Assembly (NCBI GenBank): GCA_963666285.1
Contig: OY762711.1
Direction: 5' to 3' (one strand)
Source: Sedimentisphaerales bacterium
GTDB lineage: Bacteria; Planctomycetota; Phycisphaerae; Sedimentisphaerales; SM23-30
DNA: 64,000 bases
Shown: positions 58,576 through 64,000 of the stretch, piece after piece
Position numbering within the stretch: position 1 is the stretch's first letter
Layout of the letters: the number at the start of each line of letters is the position of its first letter
Translations under genes and position numbers: made by a program
Notes under the pieces: generated by a model
What the model saw: the letters and a program-made list of their open reading frames with translations, nothing else
Database searches by the model: none
What the model was told of the DNA's origin: nothing

Positions 58576-59328
58576 ATGTGTATTATATTATACTATCACA
58601 TGATGGTGGTTCATTTAGATAACAAAGGTTACATGATGGCTAAAATCTTTATAAACAATAAATTTCAAAAAATTAAAAAGCTAGTTTACTTGCACCTGGG
58701 CTTACTTCTGAGTATTATATTATATTTTGGCTTCCTTAATTTCTGCTTTTTTCAAGCAGGTTATGCAGCTGCCATAAATGACAGTCCATATTTCAATATA
58801 ATAATCTATACAGCATTTGCTTTGCCACTGTTTTTCTTAATACTCTTAGTCATTTACGGAGTTGTGCTTGTAAAGATCGGCATTCGATATATTTTTTATT
58901 CATTAGCTTTATGGATATTGTCTTTTCTAATTTATTGCTTAATAGGTTATTCTCTTAGTTTCTTTTTGAATTTTCCTATCGCAAAAGGTTATTATTGCTA
59001 TGTTAGGAATAATGTTGATATCTCTGAATTACAGACATGGCTAGCAGAATATGAGCATACAATTACAACTCAGGATAAATATAGCTCAGATAGAATATTC
59101 AAAGATAATTGGCCTGCTTGTATCAAAAAACTCAATCCAGTAGATGTGAGAATTTCAGGAGAAGAGCCCCAAAAATATATTCGAATCCAATATGGGAGTT
59201 TTGTTATTCCAAGCTTTGGTTTGTGTGTTATGGAAAAGCCCGTTGATATACCCTTAGATTCATATTATGATTCTGAGTATCGTATAAAACTATCTGATAA
59301 TGCATTTATATGGCAACAGATAAAATGA
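58576..59328 (+). CDS. Hypothetical membrane protein (about 3 TM helices plus soluble C-terminal domain)
   Basis: 250-aa AT-rich ORF with three hydrophobic segments; probable start 58633/58636; no motif recognised. Confidence 0.7.
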   Translation: MCIILYYHMMVVHLDNKGYMMAKIFINNKFQKIKKLVYLHLGLLLSIILYFGFLNFCFFQAGYAAAINDSPYFNIIIYTAFALPLFFLILLVIYGVVLVKIGIRYIFYSLALWILSFLIYCLIGYSLSFFLNFPIAKGYYCYVRNNVDISELQTWLAEYEHTITTQDKYSSDRIFKDNWPACIKKLNPVDVRISGEEPQKYIRIQYGSFVIPSFGLCVMEKPVDIPLDSYYDSEYRIKLSDNAFIWQQIK

Positions 59329-59403
59329 TTTTTATGGGTAAGAATTAAAGGATATTTAAGGTCGTCAGACATGCTCTGTAGAAAAGCTCTTTAACAAATG
59401 AAC

Positions 59404-59461
59404 AACAACGATGTTGTGTGTTAGAACCATCAACATCAATTCACGGCATTGTGCCCAGTAT
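59404..59461 (+). repeat. 58-bp 'right' element, copy 2
   Basis: 47/58 identical to 34381-34438. Confidence 0.8.
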
Positions 59462-59592
59462 TTGCACGCATAGATTGTATCGCCAAAGTTACGTTTGATC
59501 ATGCTGATTATTGTATTCAAATTGACATCGATATTTCAGGTTTAACAGATTTTAGTGATCTTCAGATATTTGTTTCATTCTGGCTTGAATGA
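59461..59592 (+). pseudogene. Orphan 3' fragment encoding a dockerin-like C-terminal motif
   Basis: Frame reads FARIDCIAKVTFDHADYCIQIDIDISGLTDFSDLQIFVSFWLE*; in-frame stop upstream at 59422-59424, no ATG. Confidence 0.55.
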
Positions 59593-59644
59593 TTATCGAA
59601 AGGGTTGTGAAACTGGTAATTATTTTGAGGCGATCGCAGTCAGT

Positions 59645-60385
59645 TTAGAACCAGATGCCGGAGGTTTCCCGCCTGATTCTGATTTCATCAATAACACCTC
59701 GACCAGATTTGGAGGCGGCTAAAAACAATATCGCATCAGCAATTTCACCAGCTTGTATGAGCTGATCTTTATTTATATCAGGGCGTACCTGCCCAACCAT
59801 GTCAGTATCAACACCACCAGGGCAAACAACATGAACTCGAAAGCCTTCCGGCTTTAATTCCTCAGCCAAGGCGATTGAGAAGCCACGAACGGCATGTTTT
59901 GATGCTGTGTATGCCGACTGTAAAGCATAACCTTTAACACCAACAACACTGGAAATATTGATAATAAGGCGTAATTCACCATTTCTCAATAAATCGAGGC
60001 ATTCGCGACACATAAGGAAAGTGCCACGTGCATTTATTGCCATGACCTTATCCCAATCTTCTGTTGAAGTATCAGCGATTGAACCGGAATGTGTTATGCC
60101 TGCATTATTTATCAGGCCATCAAGCTGTCCGAAGTCATTGTGTATCTTTTCGGACAAGCTGATAATATCCTGTTCAACGGCCATGTCAGCAACATAGTAT
60201 TCAGTTTGGGATTTCGAAATAGTAGAAAGCTGTTTTGCAGCATGTACAAGAGAAACTTCGTTTCTGCCACTAATGATAACTCTGGCACCAACTTCAGCAA
60301 AACATCTGGCTATCTCAAAACCGATGCCACGGCTGCCGCCTGTTATCAAAAAAACTTTATCTTGTAAAATTGAGTAATTAATCAT
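59645..60385 (-). CDS. SDR family NAD(P)-dependent oxidoreductase
   Basis: TGGSRGIG, NNAG, YTASK, CPGGVDT. Confidence 0.95.
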   Translation of the reverse strand: MINYSILQDKVFLITGGSRGIGFEIARCFAEVGARVIISGRNEVSLVHAAKQLSTISKSQTEYYVADMAVEQDIISLSEKIHNDFGQLDGLINNAGITHSGSIADTSTEDWDKVMAINARGTFLMCRECLDLLRNGELRLIINISSVVGVKGYALQSAYTASKHAVRGFSIALAEELKPEGFRVHVVCPGGVDTDMVGQVRPDINKDQLIQAGEIADAILFLAASKSGRGVIDEIRIRRETSGIWF

Positions 60386-60404
60386 AATAGAATTTTAGCT
60401 GAAA

Positions 60405-61865
60405 TTAATCAGCAGAACAGTATTTTTTTACAGTCCGCCAATTTAACCCTGTAATTTTTGAGACTTCCTGGTAGCTTTGATATTTATCATAGAGCTGACG
60501 GCAATATTGAGCGGTCAGGTCGGAAACTGTTAGCTCTTCAGAAAAAATATTATTTGAAACAGGGGGGGCAGAGGTATGAATCTCTGGCAATTTGCATGTT
60601 TTCTTAATAATTATCCGGCGGATTAATTGGGCCAGTTCTCTTACATTGCCAGGCCAGGAATAATTAAATGGGATTTCGCGTTGTAAAGTATCAAGAATTA
60701 GATTTATTAAAGAACTATCCTTATGTCCAAGCATTCGTTCGAATAGATGCTCAACAAGGTCAGTTAAATCATCAGGACGTTCGTCCAGACGCTGTCTCAA
60801 TGAAGGTACATTGATAACATCACTGCAAAGTCTATAATACAAATCGTCTCTGAATTTTCCTTCGCGACAAAACTCGTCAATGGGCTGGTGGGTTGCACCT
60901 ATAACACGGCCTTGAAAACGATTAACCGTATGGCTACCTAATGGTGTGTATGTACGTTCTTCCAGTACTTGTAATAATTTAACTTGAGTATGTAATTGTA
61001 TTTCAGCAATTTCATCCAAGAAAATTGAACCATATTGATTGCAACGTGAAAACATGCCATTATAACTGTCAACAGCACCGGTAAATGCACCTCGAGAGTG
61101 GCCAAATAGCTCAGATTCTACAAGTGTTTCAGGAAACTGAGAAAGATTGACAGAAACAAAGTTTTGCAAATAGCTGACATCAAACCGTTTCTTGTCATAA
61201 TTAAAAGGGATAAAACTACTATAACCTATAGCCTGAGCGGCAGCACCTTTGCCGCTGCCTGTCGGCCCGAGAAATAAAGTAGAGAAATCTTCCATTCGGT
61301 ACCAAAGTGTTTTAGTATAAATTTCAACGCTGCTGGTAAATATATTATTCCATAATGCTGCTCTAAAATTCTGCATGCATGAAGAATTACCTGAAAGACG
61401 TGTAGTAATAAACAACCAAGATCTTCTTAACTGATAAAAATAACTAAAAACCATACAAGTATGCTCTAAGTCAAAACCGCGATTACATAACTGCCCAATA
61501 ATATTATCAGCAAATGGAACAGTTAACGATTTGTTTTCCTGAGATAATTGTTTGAGTGCCAGCTCATCAAAATCAAAAATGCAATCATGATATAGCCGAA
61601 AACAAACGCAATAATAGAATAATTCACGATCCTTCCCAGAAAAATTATCCAATACGGCAGGGCGGCCCAATCTGGTGTCAATGTCGGAAATAAATTTATC
61701 AATTACGATATTGAACCCATCAGCTAAATCCTTACCGTCAAGCGGACCTTTATTTCCGGTAATGGCAATTTCCAATTCTAATGAATAGTCAGTGAATGGA
61801 TTAACTAAAACCTTGGAATATATAAGATTAAAAAAATTACGTTCTTTTGCTTTTAACTCGATCAT
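60405..61865 (-). CDS. Sigma-54-dependent transcriptional activator (bEBP) without receiver domain
   Basis: GPTGSGK, ESELFGH..GAFTGA, FLDEI, FRDDLYYRL, WPGNVREL, C-terminal HTH. Confidence 0.92.
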   Translation of the reverse strand: MIELKAKERNFFNLIYSKVLVNPFTDYSLELEIAITGNKGPLDGKDLADGFNIVIDKFISDIDTRLGRPAVLDNFSGKDRELFYYCVCFRLYHDCIFDFDELALKQLSQENKSLTVPFADNIIGQLCNRGFDLEHTCMVFSYFYQLRRSWLFITTRLSGNSSCMQNFRAALWNNIFTSSVEIYTKTLWYRMEDFSTLFLGPTGSGKGAAAQAIGYSSFIPFNYDKKRFDVSYLQNFVSVNLSQFPETLVESELFGHSRGAFTGAVDSYNGMFSRCNQYGSIFLDEIAEIQLHTQVKLLQVLEERTYTPLGSHTVNRFQGRVIGATHQPIDEFCREGKFRDDLYYRLCSDVINVPSLRQRLDERPDDLTDLVEHLFERMLGHKDSSLINLILDTLQREIPFNYSWPGNVRELAQLIRRIIIKKTCKLPEIHTSAPPVSNNIFSEELTVSDLTAQYCRQLYDKYQSYQEVSKITGLNWRTVKKYCSAD

Positions 61866-62254
61866 ACAGTCATTTAACCTCTAAATCATAATATGTACAA
61901 ATAATGTACATAGGATTATGCTGTATTACAAGATTAAAATATATACCATATCGAACAATATGGACAGGCAGTATATTCAAGGTATATAATTCGGCTTCAA
62001 TGTAATTAATGAATATTTTTAACAGAACAGTGACTTGATAAGGTGGTTTTAATGTAAAAGGGGCATTTTCTCCATATACCTCCAAGGTCCCATAATATAT
62101 ATTATGTTTCATTAGGGGTGGTAAGCTCAATGAAATCTATCTTATTGAAAATTCAGTAGTTATGAAAAGATAAAGTGACAGATTTTTAGTAATTAATGTG
62201 ACTTCTCGAATATGTTACATTACAAAATGATTTTGCGTATATTTGACCCTGGGC

Positions 62255-63775
62255 CTATTTTTGTATTTCAGCCAATCTATAACAACGCATTTCAGTGAAA
62301 TCTCTAACTACCAGTAAGCCATCGGCAATTGCCATTAATCCCCAGGATTCTCTGCCAAATAATATTTGCTGCCTGGTTAGTAAATTATATTTATCTGATG
62401 TTAATTCAACCAGACTTAAAGTACCATGATCATCGAGTGCAATAAGTTGGTTATTAACTATCATGAACGGGCTGTCACCATATTTGTCATTAACAGGCGA
62501 TTCCCACATTATGTTTGCATCGAAATCAAGACATACAAGTCTTTTGTCTTGCCTGATGCCATATATATGGTCATCGTAAATAACCGGAGTGTGTTGAACG
62601 GCACCAAAAACGGTTGCAGGCTTGGTATATACCATTTGAGCCGAGTAATTAATGTTTTCATAAGTGCTTAATGTTTCGAGATTTGTGTTTTCTGGTAAAT
62701 TATCTGATTTATCAGAATCGACGTTTTTGGTCCGATAAACTTTAAGTAGGGCGCATCCCTTATTATACCCTGCACAGAGAAACAGACGGCCTTCGCCGAT
62801 ATATATGGGTGTTGGGACATTTGTTCTCATTGACCAATCATAATTAACCCATAATTTCTTTCCAGTCTGTGCGTCGATACCGCATATGCCGCCGTCACCG
62901 CAATATACATACATTTGATGACCGTCAAGCTCTATTGGCATAATACTTGAATGAGTCATTGCCCATTTATCATCATTTGGTGTTTCCCATATAATATCTC
63001 CTGTTGCACAATCAACAGCGATCATTAGTTTAGAACCGGCTGGTGCTAATATTGCTTTATTGTCTATGATAATTGGGCATTGTGAAGCGTGCCAGAGCGG
63101 AACTTTTGTGCCGTATTCAGCGACCATATCTATATGCCAGAGTTTTTTGCCAGTTTTTCTTTCCGCACAAACCACATGGCATCTGGGGCCAATTGTTACA
63201 ATGAACTCATCAGTTACTGCCGGAATTGAACGGCTCATGCCATGATCACGTTTAACTTTGATCGGGTATGATAAATTCCAGATATCAGTTCCGGTTTTTA
63301 ATGAAATTGCCCGGATAACATCTTTTTCCTTTTCGGTGTCATAATCAAGCATGTAAACAATTCCATTGTATATTGTAGCTCCAGCATAACCTTCGCCAAC
63401 CGGGATAGCCCAAATTGATTTCAAAGGATCAGTTTCCCAATTCTGGATTACCTGGTATTTATCATTTTCCCAATTTGCATTACGATTTGGTCCGCGAAAA
63501 TGCGGCCAGTTTTCGCTGGGAATAATTTCAATATGCGGTAACTGCGTTGGTGCAGGAGTCGGATCCGGCTGATAAGCTCCGGTAGGGGTCGCCAATATAT
63601 TAAGAGCAAATTCGAGCTCTCCCCCCTGCTTGTTTGCCCCCCCTTCCGGTCTATTATCCAGACCTGGGACCCTCACAGGTAATGTTACAGGGTCCGGAAT
63701 GACAACTTGCCAAGCAGCAATAGTTATCAATAAGGTTGAAACTATTACAACTATGATTGTTTGATATTCTTTCAT
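62255..63775 (-). CDS. PQQ-binding-like beta-propeller protein (BamB-like, planctomycete type)
   Basis: N-terminal TM helix; WPHFRGPNR, repeated TGKKLW/TGDIIW propeller motifs. Confidence 0.85.
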   Translation of the reverse strand: MKEYQTIIVVIVSTLLITIAAWQVVIPDPVTLPVRVPGLDNRPEGGANKQGGELEFALNILATPTGAYQPDPTPAPTQLPHIEIIPSENWPHFRGPNRNANWENDKYQVIQNWETDPLKSIWAIPVGEGYAGATIYNGIVYMLDYDTEKEKDVIRAISLKTGTDIWNLSYPIKVKRDHGMSRSIPAVTDEFIVTIGPRCHVVCAERKTGKKLWHIDMVAEYGTKVPLWHASQCPIIIDNKAILAPAGSKLMIAVDCATGDIIWETPNDDKWAMTHSSIMPIELDGHQMYVYCGDGGICGIDAQTGKKLWVNYDWSMRTNVPTPIYIGEGRLFLCAGYNKGCALLKVYRTKNVDSDKSDNLPENTNLETLSTYENINYSAQMVYTKPATVFGAVQHTPVIYDDHIYGIRQDKRLVCLDFDANIMWESPVNDKYGDSPFMIVNNQLIALDDHGTLSLVELTSDKYNLLTRQQILFGRESWGLMAIADGLLVVRDFTEMRCYRLAEIQK

Positions 63776-63790
63776 TCAGTTGCGTTATAC

Positions 63791-64000
63791 TTAAAAATCT
63801 ATATTTTTTATCATCCCTTTAGAATCGAATTCCATTCTATCAACACAGATTTGCCTGGTAAGCTCTTCGGGGTTATAAGGCAATGCGTGACGATGGTAAA
63901 ATATGTACCATTTATTGTTATATTTCAAGACTGAATGATGCCCGGGGCCATAAACGTCGTTTTTGGGGTCAGATTTGAGGATTGGGCTGTTTTCTGCCTG
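63791..64000 (-). CDS. 3' end of a glycoside hydrolase family 43 gene (partial)
   Basis: Manual translation QAENSPILKSDPKNDVYGPGHHSVLKYNNKWYIFYHRHALPYNPEELTRQICVDRMEFDSKGMIKNIDF*; GPGHHS..WYIFYHRH..RQ.C.D is a GH43 last-blade signature. Confidence 0.8.
   Translation of the reverse strand, partial: QAENSPILKSDPKNDVYGPGHHSVLKYNNKWYIFYHRHALPYNPEELTRQICVDRMEFDSKGMIKNIDF

Noticed and set aside
61870..62130. 86-aa minus-strand ORF upstream of the sigma-54 activator
   Set aside because: TTG start, no recognisable motif; probably promoter DNA, though a small gene cannot be excluded.

Overview
AT-rich bacterial window. The gene content (planctomycete-type ECF sigma/FecR pair, a prepilin/H-X9-DG protein, many secreted proteins with a dockerin-like DxN/DxDCxVDxxDFxxxAxxWL motif, lamin-tail/CotH giants) points by inference to a Phycisphaerae/Sedimentisphaerales-like planctomycete. 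Left to right: (i) a >2360-aa lamin-tail/CotH-kinase/beta-helix gene on the minus strand that runs off the left edge and is missing from the ORF track; (ii) a ~30-kb carbohydrate region (ECF sigma + FecR-like anti-sigma, GH26, GH3, GH78-like, AraC, GH65 + beta-PGM + Na/solute symporter, two unassigned six-hairpin glycosidases, LamG proteins, DUF1559-type protein), interrupted by an IS701-like element whose 5-bp target duplication is the start codon of a C-N hydrolase; (iii) an 11-kb operon with three PspA/IM30 (ESCRT-III-like) paralogues, an NfeD-like protein, a stand-alone SPFH domain, a flotillin and a 1775-aa AAA ATPase; (iv) a second 2281-aa lamin-tail/CotH protein; (v) a ~1-kb patchwork of non-coding palindromic and tandem repeats, two of whose elements also bracket an unrelated gene 26 kb away; (vi) SDR, sigma-54 activator, PQQ-propeller protein and the 3' end of a GH43 gene. 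No rRNA, tRNA or CRISPR array was seen. All product calls come from motif recognition by eye, not database searches.
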